From an uncultured Rhodospirillaceae bacterium (lineage in GTDB: Bacteria > Pseudomonadota > Alphaproteobacteria > SP197): a stretch of DNA of 64,000 bases. Below the pieces are notes generated by a model that saw only the letters and a program-made list of their open reading frames with translations, was not told where the DNA came from and made no database searches. Positions 36,467 to 45,857 of the stretch are shown here, one piece after another (positions within the stretch are counted from its first letter, which is position 1; every line of letters begins with the position of its first letter). The stretch spans positions 4,782 to 68,781 of the forward strand of contig CALGGB010000095.1 of assembly GCA_937880925.1 (NCBI GenBank). Reading direction: 5' to 3'. The position numbers and the translations under genes are program-made.

Positions 36467-37258
36467 TCATTCGCCGTAGACGTTGAAGTCGAAGTACTTG
36501 TCGTTGATCGCCTTGTAGGTGCCATCGGCCAGAATCTGGGCCAGGGCGGCGTTCAGCGCGTCCTTCAGTTCGGTGTCTTCCTGGCGCACGGCGATGCCGG
36601 CACCGTCGCCGAACCACTGCGGATCGGAGTAGTCGGGCCCGACGAAGTTGAAGCCCTGACCCATGTCGGTCTGCAGGAAGCCCTCGTCCAGCGCCACGGA
36701 ATCGGCAAGCACCAGGTCGACGCGGCCGTTGGCCAGATCGAGATTGGCCTCGTCCTGGGTCGCGTAGCTCATCAGGCCGACATCGGGGAAATTGTCCTTG
36801 ATGAAGTTCTCGTGGATCGTCGCGCGCTGCACGCCGACCTTCAGGCCGGACAGGGCGGCGTTGGCGGCAGCCGTGTCGGGCGGGATCTCGGTCATGAAGT
36901 CCTCGGCCGCGATGAACTTGGCCGGCGTGTTGTAGTACTTGTTGGTGAAGGCGACGACCTCGGCGCGCTCTGCCGTGATCGACATCGAGGCGATGATGGC
37001 GTCGTATTTCTTGGCGAGCAGGCCGGGGATGATGCCGTCCCAGTCCTGAACGACGAATTCACAGGTGAAGCCTGCGGCATCGCACAGGGCATTGGCGATA
37101 TCGACGTCGAAGCCCTGCAGGTCGCCGTTCTCGTCGATGTAGTTGAACGGAGGATAGGCGCCCTCCGTGCCGATCAGCACCACGTCCTGGGCCGTTGCCT
37201 GCTGGGCAAAGAGGCCGGAGACGGTGAGTGCCAGTGCGGCAGCGAACATTTTCTTCAT
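36467..37258 (-). CDS. Polar amino acid/opine/ectoine-type ABC transporter periplasmic binding protein (family 3; EhuB/LAO-like)
   Basis: Signal peptide MKKMFAAALALTVSGLFAQQATA plus family-3 SBP pattern. Confidence 0.75.
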   Translation of the reverse strand: MKKMFAAALALTVSGLFAQQATAQDVVLIGTEGAYPPFNYIDENGDLQGFDVDIANALCDAAGFTCEFVVQDWDGIIPGLLAKKYDAIIASMSITAERAEVVAFTNKYYNTPAKFIAAEDFMTEIPPDTAAANAALSGLKVGVQRATIHENFIKDNFPDVGLMSYATQDEANLDLANGRVDLVLADSVALDEGFLQTDMGQGFNFVGPDYSDPQWFGDGAGIAVRQEDTELKDALNAALAQILADGTYKAINDKYFDFNVYGE

Positions 37259-37321
37259 GGTCTTGCTCCCTTGTTGCGAGCCCCGTGCAGGGCTCCCCGC
37301 GTTCGTCGGTGCGGCCGGTCT

Positions 37322-38119
37322 TCAGGCGGTCAGATTGCTCGCCAGGAATTGCCGGAACCGCTCCGATCTGGGGTTGCCGAACATCTCGTCCGGCGGCCCC
37401 TGAACCTCGATCCTGCCTTCGTGCAGGTAGATGACCTCGTTGGAAACCTCGCGCGCAAAGCCGATCTCGTGGGTGACCACGATCATGGTGCGGCCCTCGT
37501 CGGCAAGCTGGCGCATGACACGCAGCACCTCGCCGACCAGTTCGGGATCAAGGGCGCTGGTCGGTTCGTCGAACAGCATCACGTCGGGCTCCATGGCCAG
37601 GGCGCGCGCAATGGCCGCGCGCTGCTGCTGGCCGCCCGAAAGATGGGCCGGGTAGTAGCTCGCCCGGTCGGCAAGGCCGACCTTCTCGAGTGTGGCGTGG
37701 GCAATCTCAAGCGCCTCGGCGCGGGATTTCTTCAGCACATGGATCGGCGCCTCGATGACGTTCTGCAGCACCGTCATGTGGGACCACAGGTTGAACGACT
37801 GGAAGACCATGCCGAGGCGCGAGCGGATGCGGTCGACCTGCTTGCTGTCGGCCGGCACGGTCTCGCCGCGCCGGTTCCTGGTCATCGCGATCAGCTCGCC
37901 GCCGACGCTGACCTCGCCCGCATCGGGTATCTCCAGAAGATTGATGCAGCGCAGGAAGGTGCTCTTGCCCGAGCCGCTGGCGCCCAGCATGGCGATGACA
38001 TCGCCTTCCTGCGCGGTCAGCGATACCCCCTTCAACACTTCCACGGAACCAAACGACTTGTGGACATCCGTTGCCACAAGCGCCGGTTGCCGAGCCACCG
38101 CCTGTGCGGCTGCAGCCAT
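37322..38119 (-). CDS. Polar amino acid ABC transporter ATP-binding protein (HisP/EhuA-like)
   Basis: ATG 38119 (MAAAAQAV...). Walker A GASGSGKST, signature LSGGQQQR, Walker B MLFDEPTSALD. Confidence 0.8.
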   Translation of the reverse strand: MAAAAQAVARQPALVATDVHKSFGSVEVLKGVSLTAQEGDVIAMLGASGSGKSTFLRCINLLEIPDAGEVSVGGELIAMTRNRRGETVPADSKQVDRIRSRLGMVFQSFNLWSHMTVLQNVIEAPIHVLKKSRAEALEIAHATLEKVGLADRASYYPAHLSGGQQQRAAIARALAMEPDVMLFDEPTSALDPELVGEVLRVMRQLADEGRTMIVVTHEIGFAREVSNEVIYLHEGRIEVQGPPDEMFGNPRSERFRQFLASNLTA

Positions 38120-38243
38120 CTTGCGCCCCTCTCGCGGTCGTTTGAACGCGACCGTCTTACCCGGCGCTATACAAGCCGCTTCCGGGGCGCTTGGCAAACG
38201 TCCTGCTCGAGAGATTGAACCGCTGTTCAACCAGGCTGTTCAA

Positions 38244-39479
38244 TCAGGCGATGGAATCCAGCGCCCTGATCAGCCGGTCGACCTCGGCCGCCGTGTTGTA
38301 GTGGACGAAGGAGCAGCGCACGGCGCCGTCCTCGGGATCGATGCCCATGGCCTTCAGCACGCGCGGCGCATAGAAGTCGCCGGCGTTGGCGGCAATGCCG
38401 GCGGCGTCCAGATGGGCCATCACCGCCTGCGAGGACATGCCCTCGACCGTGAAGCTGAAGGTCGGGGCACGGCGGTCGTGATCGGGATCGGTGCGGCCCA
38501 GCAGCTTGATGCGCGGGTTGGAGGCGACGTAGTCGAGGAACCTGCGCGACAGGTTCTCCTCGTGCGTGGCGATCAGCTTGTAGACCTGCCGGATGCGCCC
38601 GTGCAGGTCGTTGGCCGGTTCCTCCAGGTGGTGGGCGGCCAGGGCCTCGAAGTATTCCCCGATGCCGACGCAGCCGGCGGTCAGCTCGTGGTTCGGCGCG
38701 CCGGGGTTCATCTTCAGCGGCAGGTTGTCCTCGCCGTGGAAGTAGAAGTACTGCCCCTTGGCCTTCAGCAGCAGTTCCTTGCGCCCGTACATCACGCCCA
38801 GATGCGGACCGAAGGTCTTGTAGAGGCTGAAGAGGTAGAAATCGACGTCCAGCGCCTTCACGTCGACGCAGCCGTGGGGTGCGTAGGCGACGCCGTCGAC
38901 GCAGACCAGGCCGCCCACGGCATGGACCGCATCGGCGATCTGCTTCACCGGATTGGGACCGCCCACGACGTTGGAGCAGTGGGAGAAACACACCAGCCGC
39001 GTTTTCTCGCTGAGCATGGGTTTCAGCGTCTCCAGCTCCAGCTCGGCGGTCTGCGGATTGACCTGCCATTCGCGCACCGTGATGCCGAATTCCTCCAGGC
39101 GCCGCCAATGGCCGTTGTTGGCCTCGTGGTCGAGGTTGGTGACGATCAGTTCGTCACCCGGCTTGAACCAGCCGCGCACGCCCGCGGCCAGCGCGATGAC
39201 ATTGCGCGTCGTGGAGGGGCCGATAACCACCTCCTCGGGCTCGGCGTTCAGCATGGCGGCCACGGTCCTGTGACCCTGCGCCATGCGCCGGCTCGCCTCG
39301 CGCGCGATGGGCGAGCCTTCGCCGGGCTGCACCTGGCACTCGGTCATGTAGTCCTTCACCCGGTCGATCACCGTATGCGGCACCAGCGAGCCGCCTGCGT
39401 TCTCCATGAACGCCCAACCGTCGTTGAGCGCGGGAAAGAAGGAACGGACGAATGTGAGATCGAGCGGCTTGTCGGCCAT
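38244..39479 (-). CDS. Aminotransferase class V-fold PLP-dependent enzyme
   Basis: 411 aa with class-V fold similarity. Candidate PLP-lysine context FSLYKTFGPH. Confidence 0.65.
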   Translation of the reverse strand: MADKPLDLTFVRSFFPALNDGWAFMENAGGSLVPHTVIDRVKDYMTECQVQPGEGSPIAREASRRMAQGHRTVAAMLNAEPEEVVIGPSTTRNVIALAAGVRGWFKPGDELIVTNLDHEANNGHWRRLEEFGITVREWQVNPQTAELELETLKPMLSEKTRLVCFSHCSNVVGGPNPVKQIADAVHAVGGLVCVDGVAYAPHGCVDVKALDVDFYLFSLYKTFGPHLGVMYGRKELLLKAKGQYFYFHGEDNLPLKMNPGAPNHELTAGCVGIGEYFEALAAHHLEEPANDLHGRIRQVYKLIATHEENLSRRFLDYVASNPRIKLLGRTDPDHDRRAPTFSFTVEGMSSQAVMAHLDAAGIAANAGDFYAPRVLKAMGIDPEDGAVRCSFVHYNTAAEVDRLIRALDSIA

Positions 39480-39541
39480 GGAGCACCCCCTGCTGAAGCG
39501 CTCCGTTGTAGTGGCTGAGGCCGCGCCGTCAATCCATGGCG

Positions 39542-40759
39542 TCAGTCGATGAGGATGCCATCCCAGGGCCAGCGGTAGGTTTCGCCCAGGCCCTTGAGGA
39601 CTGCCGCGGCAATGGCCCCGCCGTTGGTTCCGCCGGTCATCACCACTGCGCCCTGGCCTGTGGCGGGGAAAAACACCATGTAGCCGCTGTACCCTGCGCC
39701 GCTGCCGCTCTTGTGCAATGCCAGACTGCTGCCTTCGCCGGCAAGGGCAAAACCCAGGCCCCAGGGGCCACCGTTCTGGCGCGTCAGCATCTGGCCGGCG
39801 ATCGCGGAGCCGAGCAGATCGCCCCGGCCCGCGTGCGCTTTGCCCAGGGCAATCAGGAATGCGGAAAGATCGGCCGGGGTCGACCAGAGCCCGGTGGCGG
39901 CGCGCGCAGGCCGGTTCATCCAGCCACCGGGGATCGGGTTGCCTCGGCCGTCATGCCCGGGTGCGGCAATGACCGCCAGGGTATCGCCGGCCGGCTGCTC
40001 GAAGCTGCTGGCGGGCATGTCTGCGGGGACCAGGACGCGCGCCCGCGCGAGCTCACCGAAGTCGACGCCCGTCGCGCCCTGCATGGCGACCTCCAGCACG
40101 ACAAAGCCGCTGTCGGATACGGCAAAGGCTGTGCCGGGCGCGCTGATGATCCTGAGCGGTGGCGAATTGGCCGGCGGCGCTCCCGCCAGGATCTGGGCAA
40201 GCGTCGGCAGGGGCGCGCCCTGCGGATAACCCTGAAAGCCGGGCTCTGCGAAGCCCGCGGTCATGCTCATCAGGTTGCGCAGGGTCACGGGGTGGTCGGA
40301 CATGGCAAGGCGCCAGCCATCGACCCACTGGCCGACATCGTCGTCGAGCGTCAGGTAGCCTTCCTCAACCAGGCTGAGAGCGGTGGCTGCGCTGACCGGC
40401 TGGGCCATGGCGCCGGCCTGGAACGGCGTCGTCGGACCGATGCCCTCGCCCCAGCTGCGTGTCCAGGCGAGCGTCCCACCCTCGATCACGGCAAGGCTGA
40501 CCGATGGCACATGCAATTCTTTCATGGCCGCTGCGACGGCGATGTCGCGGGCGGTGTCCTCGCCGGGCAGGGCGAGGCTGACGACGATAGGCTCCAGCGT
40601 CGTGCCGGCGCCGCCGCCCTGGGCCACGGGAAAGGCGCCGTGCTGGCAGGCGCCGGCAAGCAGCAGGACCAGCACCGGCAGCAACGTTCCGGTCAGCCGC
40701 GCGATTGTATGCGGGCGTCCGGCGTTGCGCCCGGATTTGTGAGTGATTCTGAACATCAT
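39542..40759 (-). CDS. Beta-lactamase-fold / serine-hydrolase-like lipoprotein. A canonical SxxK was not evident.
   Basis: Start MMFRITHK... followed by lipobox LLLAGAC. Fold-level similarity to class C beta-lactamase and esterases. Where SxxK is expected the sequence reads GAMAQP. Confidence 0.5.
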   Translation of the reverse strand: MMFRITHKSGRNAGRPHTIARLTGTLLPVLVLLLAGACQHGAFPVAQGGGAGTTLEPIVVSLALPGEDTARDIAVAAAMKELHVPSVSLAVIEGGTLAWTRSWGEGIGPTTPFQAGAMAQPVSAATALSLVEEGYLTLDDDVGQWVDGWRLAMSDHPVTLRNLMSMTAGFAEPGFQGYPQGAPLPTLAQILAGAPPANSPPLRIISAPGTAFAVSDSGFVVLEVAMQGATGVDFGELARARVLVPADMPASSFEQPAGDTLAVIAAPGHDGRGNPIPGGWMNRPARAATGLWSTPADLSAFLIALGKAHAGRGDLLGSAIAGQMLTRQNGGPWGLGFALAGEGSSLALHKSGSGAGYSGYMVFFPATGQGAVVMTGGTNGGAIAAAVLKGLGETYRWPWDGILID

Positions 40760-40787
40760 GCGGGGGTAGCCCGCCCGGCCCGGGCTT

Positions 40788-41627
40788 TCAAAGGCTTTCT
40801 TGCGCCCGGCGGGACTCCAGCACGGCGGCCACGCGGGGGCCGTAGATATGGATGTTCTCGCGGTCGGTGGCGATGCGGTCCGGGCGGCCGTCATAGCTCA
40901 GCACGGCGGTAATGCGGGGGCGGTTGCCCTGGACCTCGCTCACACGGTGCAGGGAATACATGCCGCGGAACACGGTCAGGGTCCCGGCATCGCGTACCGG
41001 GCGCACCACGCCGGGGTGGCGGCCATCGATGGCGGCGGCGACGCCTGCCAGGTTTTCATCGGTTTCGCTGCGGATCGCGGGCACGAATTCGAAGTCGCCA
41101 CCGGCTTCCGGTGCCTGCAGCAGCAGGGTCACGGCGAACTCGCCCTGATCGTAGTGCCAGGGCTGGTGGTGGCCGGAATGCAGATAAATCAGGTTCAGGT
41201 TCTGGAATTCATCGGCCATGGGGTAGAGCGCCTCGTAATCCAGGATCTGCCGGAAGAACTCGGTCAGCGCGCCCCACTGGAACAGCGCGCGGCAGCCGGT
41301 GCCCCCGGGAATCGCATCACCTGCAAGCTGGTGCATGCGGTAGTGCCAGTAGCGCCGCCGCGGGTCGTCCTGCGGCAGTGCCGGATCGTCGAGGGTGAAG
41401 TAGGCATTGCGCCGCCCGTCCTGGCGATAGGCCATGTCCTCCAGGCCCAGCGCTTCCTCACGCATGGCGGCGACCGCCTCTTTCCGCACGAAACCGGTGA
41501 GGTTGCAGCAGCCGTTGGTTTCGAGCTGGGCGCGGCAGGATGCGACCAGCGCCTGGCCTTCAGGCGTATCGAGGCGGTCGACGGGATAACGCTCGAGATC
41601 GACCAGACTGGCGGCGGGCGATGTCAT
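40788..41627 (-). CDS. Putative Fe(II)/2-oxoglutarate-dependent dioxygenase (PhyH-like HxD...H), paralog B
   Basis: WHYD motif (HQPWHYDQGEF) and a distal His (FRGMYSLHRVSE). Real start is probably MTSPAASLVDLERYP at 41627, immediately after the upstream stop. Confidence 0.45.
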   Translation of the reverse strand: MTSPAASLVDLERYPVDRLDTPEGQALVASCRAQLETNGCCNLTGFVRKEAVAAMREEALGLEDMAYRQDGRRNAYFTLDDPALPQDDPRRRYWHYRMHQLAGDAIPGGTGCRALFQWGALTEFFRQILDYEALYPMADEFQNLNLIYLHSGHHQPWHYDQGEFAVTLLLQAPEAGGDFEFVPAIRSETDENLAGVAAAIDGRHPGVVRPVRDAGTLTVFRGMYSLHRVSEVQGNRPRITAVLSYDGRPDRIATDRENIHIYGPRVAAVLESRRAQESL

Positions 41628-42505
41628 GGAGCTTTGGCGGCCTCCCTGCGGCGGCGATAGATCTCGGCCACGCGGGGGCCGTAGATGAATGTATTGCCGC
41701 GCTCGCCGGCTACGCAATCGGGCTTTTCGTCATAGGTCATGATGGCGGTGATGCGCTGGTCCTTGCCTTTCACCGGCGTCACGACGTGAAACGCGTTGCG
41801 GCCGCGGAACAGGGTCAGCGTGCCCGCGCCACGCTCCAGGGTACGAACCTTGCTCATGTCGCCGTCAAAGATGCGGCTGATCGTCTCGTAGTCGGGGTTG
41901 CCGTCCTGGCGCAGTTCGGTGGCGTAGTTGAAATCGCCGCCCTCTTCGCTGGCCTGCAACAGCAGGGTGATGGTGAAGTCGTTGGCGTCGAAGTGCCATG
42001 GCTGCATCTCGCCATCGGCCAGCGCCGTCAGGTTCAGCGCCTGGAATTCGTCGGCCATGCGGTAAAGCGTGTCGCGCCCCTCGACGACGCGGATGAATTC
42101 GGTCAGCGGATCCCATTCGTAGATCGTGCGGATCAGCGCATCGACGGGGATCTGGTCGTAGGCAAGCTGCAGCACGTCGTCGGGCCACTGGCGGCGGCGG
42201 GGATGGCCTTCGGGATACTCGGGCTCATCTTCATGGAAGAAGGCGGTGCGCACCCGCTTCTTCTTCAGGCCGCCCTTGAGCAGGTGTTTGGCTTCTTCAG
42301 CGAGCGCAGGCAGGGCCTCCTGGCGCACGAAACCGTGGAGGTTGGCCGCGCCCTGCTTGGCGTACTGGCGCCTGCAGTCATCGATCAGCGCCTGCCACTG
42401 AGGAGAACCGATCCTGTCGAGGGGATAGCGGTCGAGGTCGATCAGGTCGGCGATGCTGGCTGGCGTGTTCATGCGCGCTCCGTTGGCAAGTGTTTTGACA
42501 AGCAT
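41624..42505 (-). CDS. Putative Fe(II)/2-oxoglutarate-dependent dioxygenase (PhyH-like), paralog A
   Basis: Paralogous to 40788-41627 (LDRYPLDRIGSPQWQAL...; PWHFDANDF...; FRGRNAFHVV). Confidence 0.45.
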   Translation of the reverse strand: MLVKTLANGARMNTPASIADLIDLDRYPLDRIGSPQWQALIDDCRRQYAKQGAANLHGFVRQEALPALAEEAKHLLKGGLKKKRVRTAFFHEDEPEYPEGHPRRRQWPDDVLQLAYDQIPVDALIRTIYEWDPLTEFIRVVEGRDTLYRMADEFQALNLTALADGEMQPWHFDANDFTITLLLQASEEGGDFNYATELRQDGNPDYETISRIFDGDMSKVRTLERGAGTLTLFRGRNAFHVVTPVKGKDQRITAIMTYDEKPDCVAGERGNTFIYGPRVAEIYRRRREAAKAP

Positions 42506-42662
42506 TGCGCAATCTTCTCGCCCGTCAATGAAGCAACGCTGATCTTGCGAACGATTCGCAACATTTTCGGACGCTGTTGCATGCCTGCGTCATCAGCCCT
42601 TGCGCGGCCGTTGGACTTCGCCGCACGCCGTGCAAAGGTTCGCCGCGCGCAGAGGGGGAACC

Positions 42663-43463
42663 ATGGCGGGACGGCTGCAGGACAAGGTGGTGCTGGTGAC
42701 GGGCGCGGGTTCCGTGGGTCCCGGCTGGGGCAACGGCAAGGCCGCCAGCGTGCTTTTCGCCCGCGAGGGGGCGCGGGTCTTCGCCATCGACCGTGACCTT
42801 GCCGCCGCCCGGGTCACCGCCGACCTGATCGCCGGAGAGGGCGGCCGCTGCGCCACCTTCCAGGCCGACGTCACAGACAGCGCTGCGGTCAAGGCCGCCG
42901 TCGATGCCTGCCTTGCCGAATTCGGGCGGCTGGACGTGCTCCACAACAACGCCGGCGGTTCCGCGCCGGGCAATCCGGTGACCATGGAGGAGGAGGTCTG
43001 GGAGGCCCAGATCGCGCTCAACCTCACCAGCGTCTTCCTCACCTGCAAACACGCCGTCCCCGTGATGCAGGCCCAGGGCGGCGGCGCCATCGTCAACGTC
43101 AGCTCGCTCGCGGGCGTGCGTTACTTCGGGCGCGACAACATCGCCTATACCGCGGCCAAGGCGGGGCTCCACAAGTTCACCGAGCAGATCGCCGTGCGCT
43201 ACGCGCCCGAGAACATCCGCGCCAACACGGTGATCGCCGGCCTCATGCACACACCGCTGGTCGAGGCCCGTCTGCTCAAGCAATACGGTGACGGCGACCG
43301 CGAGAAGCTGATCGCCGAACGCAACGCCATGGTCCCCATGGGCCGCATGGGCGATGCCTGGGACGTGGCGCACGCCGCCCTGTTCCTGGCCAGCGACGAG
43401 GCCAAGTATGTGACCGGGGCGCAGCTTCTGGTCGACGGCGGCATCACCGCCAAGTGCAACTGA
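42663..43463 (+). CDS. SDR family oxidoreductase
   Basis: ATG 42663. VTGAGSVGPGWGNG cofactor loop. Catalytic YTAAKAG. Confidence 0.8.
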   Translation: MAGRLQDKVVLVTGAGSVGPGWGNGKAASVLFAREGARVFAIDRDLAAARVTADLIAGEGGRCATFQADVTDSAAVKAAVDACLAEFGRLDVLHNNAGGSAPGNPVTMEEEVWEAQIALNLTSVFLTCKHAVPVMQAQGGGAIVNVSSLAGVRYFGRDNIAYTAAKAGLHKFTEQIAVRYAPENIRANTVIAGLMHTPLVEARLLKQYGDGDREKLIAERNAMVPMGRMGDAWDVAHAALFLASDEAKYVTGAQLLVDGGITAKCN

Positions 43464-43509
43464 ACCCACACCCGGCCAGCGCCGGGTGGTTCCAACAACA
43501 GGAAACGCC

Positions 43510-44043
43510 ATGACCGATGCCGCCGAAGGGCGCCTTTCTCCACTGCCGCCGAGCCAGTGGGACGCTTCGCTCAAGCCCGTTCTCGACGATCTGAAGACCC
43601 CGCTGAACATCCACAACGTCATCGCGCGCCATCCGGCTCTGATGCTGAACTACGTCGATTTCCGCAACCACATCGTCAAGACCAGCAGCCTTTCTGGCCG
43701 TCAGCGCGAACTGCTGGTGCTGCGCACCGCGCACAACACCGGCTCGGAATACGAATGGAGCCACCATGTCGTGCGCTCGCGCGCCATCGGCATGAGTGAA
43801 GAGGAAATCGACCGCGTGCGCCACGGCGCCGGCGCACGGGGCTGGACGGAAGAGGAGGCCCTGCTGCTCAAGGCCGCCGACGACATGTATGCCGACAAGG
43901 AGATCGCCCGGCCGACCTGGGCCGCCATGTGTGCGATCTTCGGCGACCAGCAGCTTCTCGACATCATCTTCACCGTCGGCACCTACTTCATCATGGCGAC
44001 CATCCTGAAGACCGCTGAGGTGCCCGACGAGGAAGAGCACTAG
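43510..44043 (+). CDS. Carboxymuconolactone decarboxylase (AhpD-like) family protein
   Basis: 177 aa with CMD-family pattern (RELLVLRTAHNTGSEYEWSHH). Confidence 0.65.
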   Translation: MTDAAEGRLSPLPPSQWDASLKPVLDDLKTPLNIHNVIARHPALMLNYVDFRNHIVKTSSLSGRQRELLVLRTAHNTGSEYEWSHHVVRSRAIGMSEEEIDRVRHGAGARGWTEEEALLLKAADDMYADKEIARPTWAAMCAIFGDQQLLDIIFTVGTYFIMATILKTAEVPDEEEH

Positions 44044-44050
44044 GCCGGTC

Positions 44051-44824
44051 ATGGTCCCTTCGCGCACCGTCATCGAGGCCGATGGCAGACGTCTGGCTGT
44101 CTCCATGCGGGGGCAGGGGCGCGACGTCGTGCTGATTCCCTCCCACGGTCGCGGCGCCGATGATTTTGATGATCTTGCCGGTCGGCTTGCCGCAGCGGGC
44201 TTCCGCACGATCGCGCTCGATCCCCGTGGCGTGGGAGAGAGCACGGGACCAGAGGGCCCCGTGACGCTGCACGACCTTGCCCACGACGCTGCGCTGGTCA
44301 TCGAGGCGCTCTGCACCGCGCCTGTTGATGTCGTCGGTCATGCCAACGGCCAGCGCATCGCCCGCTGTCTGGCTGCCGACCGGCCCGAGCTGATCGACAG
44401 GCTGGTACTGCTGGCCTGTGGCGGCAAGCTGCCGCTGCCCGATCTGTGGGCGCGCTATGGTGAACTGTACGACCGTAACCTGCCGCTGGCGCAGCGCCTG
44501 GAGGTTCTCTCCTGCCTCTTCTTTGCGCCCGGCGCCGATGCCTCGGTCTGGCTCGACGGCTGGTGGCAGGAGGCCCGCCTGCTGCAGGACCGCGCCAATG
44601 AGGCTGTCGCGCTTGATGCGTGGTGGCGCGGTGGTTCCGCGCCGATGCTGGTGATCCAGGGTGCCGACGACATCGTTGCGCCGCCGGGCAACGGCCATCT
44701 CCTGGCCGCCGAACTGGGGAAGCGTGTCAGCGTGATCGACCTTCCAGGAGTTGGTCATGCCATGCTGCCCGAACAGCCCGAGGAGATTGCCGCAGCAATG
44801 ATCTCGTGGTTGGGTGGGCAATAA
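44051..44824 (+). CDS. Alpha/beta hydrolase
   Basis: 257 aa. Nucleophile elbow GHANG, alpha/beta-hydrolase layout. Confidence 0.6.
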   Translation: MVPSRTVIEADGRRLAVSMRGQGRDVVLIPSHGRGADDFDDLAGRLAAAGFRTIALDPRGVGESTGPEGPVTLHDLAHDAALVIEALCTAPVDVVGHANGQRIARCLAADRPELIDRLVLLACGGKLPLPDLWARYGELYDRNLPLAQRLEVLSCLFFAPGADASVWLDGWWQEARLLQDRANEAVALDAWWRGGSAPMLVIQGADDIVAPPGNGHLLAAELGKRVSVIDLPGVGHAMLPEQPEEIAAAMISWLGGQ

Positions 44825-44894
44825 CGCCGCGACTGCTGGGCGCTGGAGCCGACTCGCGCTAAAGTCCATTCATCTGCTGAAATGGAGTGCCGTC

Positions 44895-45857
44895 ATGCGC
44901 CGCCTGCGCCTTGCCATCCTCGCCATCGCCGTCGCTGGCGGGCTTGTTCTCTCGGGCGCTCCGACACGGGCGGCCCAGGACCTGCTGTTCGGCGGCGGCG
45001 CCGTGACAGGCGTCTATTTCAAGGCGGTGCTCTACGCCTGCAACATCGTCAACAAGGTCTCCGACGGCAAATACAACTGCATCGGCCGCCCCGGCCTGGG
45101 TTCGGTCTTCAACGTCAATGCGGTGAGCCGTGGCCTGCTCGATTTCGGCGTCGTGCAGTCCGATGTGAACTTTCAGGCCTTTACGGGCCAGGGTGAGTGG
45201 GAAAACAAGCCGGTCGAGAACCTGCGCAGCCTGTTCAGTCTGCATTCGGAGACGGTGCTGCTGATCACCCGCGCCGACACGGGCATCAACAGCGTTGACG
45301 ATATCCGCGGCCACGACGTGAACCTGGGCAATCCAGGCTCCGGCGCGCGGGTCAATGCCGAGCAGGTGCTGGCGCTTTACGGCATTGATGTCGAGAAGGA
45401 TATTCGCTCCGGAGGTCTGCAGCAGAACGAGGCCAACCAGGCCCTGATCGATGGCAAGATCGAAGCCTTCTTCTACACCGTCGGCAATCCCGCATTCGCC
45501 ATTGAGGACATCGCCGACGCGGTCGACATCCGCATCATCCCGATCGATTCTGAAGCTGTGCGCGCCTTCGTGGCCGAACGGCCTTACCTGGTGCTGACCG
45601 AGGTTCCGGGCGGCCTCTACCGCGGTGTCGATCAGGGGGTGCCGACCTTCGGCGTCAAGGCGACCGTGGTGACCCGCGCGGAAATGTCCGACGAGGTCGT
45701 CACCGACTTTGTTTCCATGATCTTCGGTAACCTGGATGAGCTTCGCGAAAGTTATCCTGTGTTCGAGAACCTCGAGCCCGCCGAGATGATGCGGGGCCTT
45801 TCGGCGCCGCTCCATCCGGCTGCGCAAGCGTGGTACCAGGCGCAGGGCCTGCTCTAG
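44895..45857 (+). CDS. TRAP transporter solute receptor, TAXI family
   Basis: ATG 44895 (MRRLRLAILAIAVAGG... signal peptide). TAXI-family conserved blocks. Confidence 0.75.
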   Translation: MRRLRLAILAIAVAGGLVLSGAPTRAAQDLLFGGGAVTGVYFKAVLYACNIVNKVSDGKYNCIGRPGLGSVFNVNAVSRGLLDFGVVQSDVNFQAFTGQGEWENKPVENLRSLFSLHSETVLLITRADTGINSVDDIRGHDVNLGNPGSGARVNAEQVLALYGIDVEKDIRSGGLQQNEANQALIDGKIEAFFYTVGNPAFAIEDIADAVDIRIIPIDSEAVRAFVAERPYLVLTEVPGGLYRGVDQGVPTFGVKATVVTRAEMSDEVVTDFVSMIFGNLDELRESYPVFENLEPAEMMRGLSAPLHPAAQAWYQAQGLL

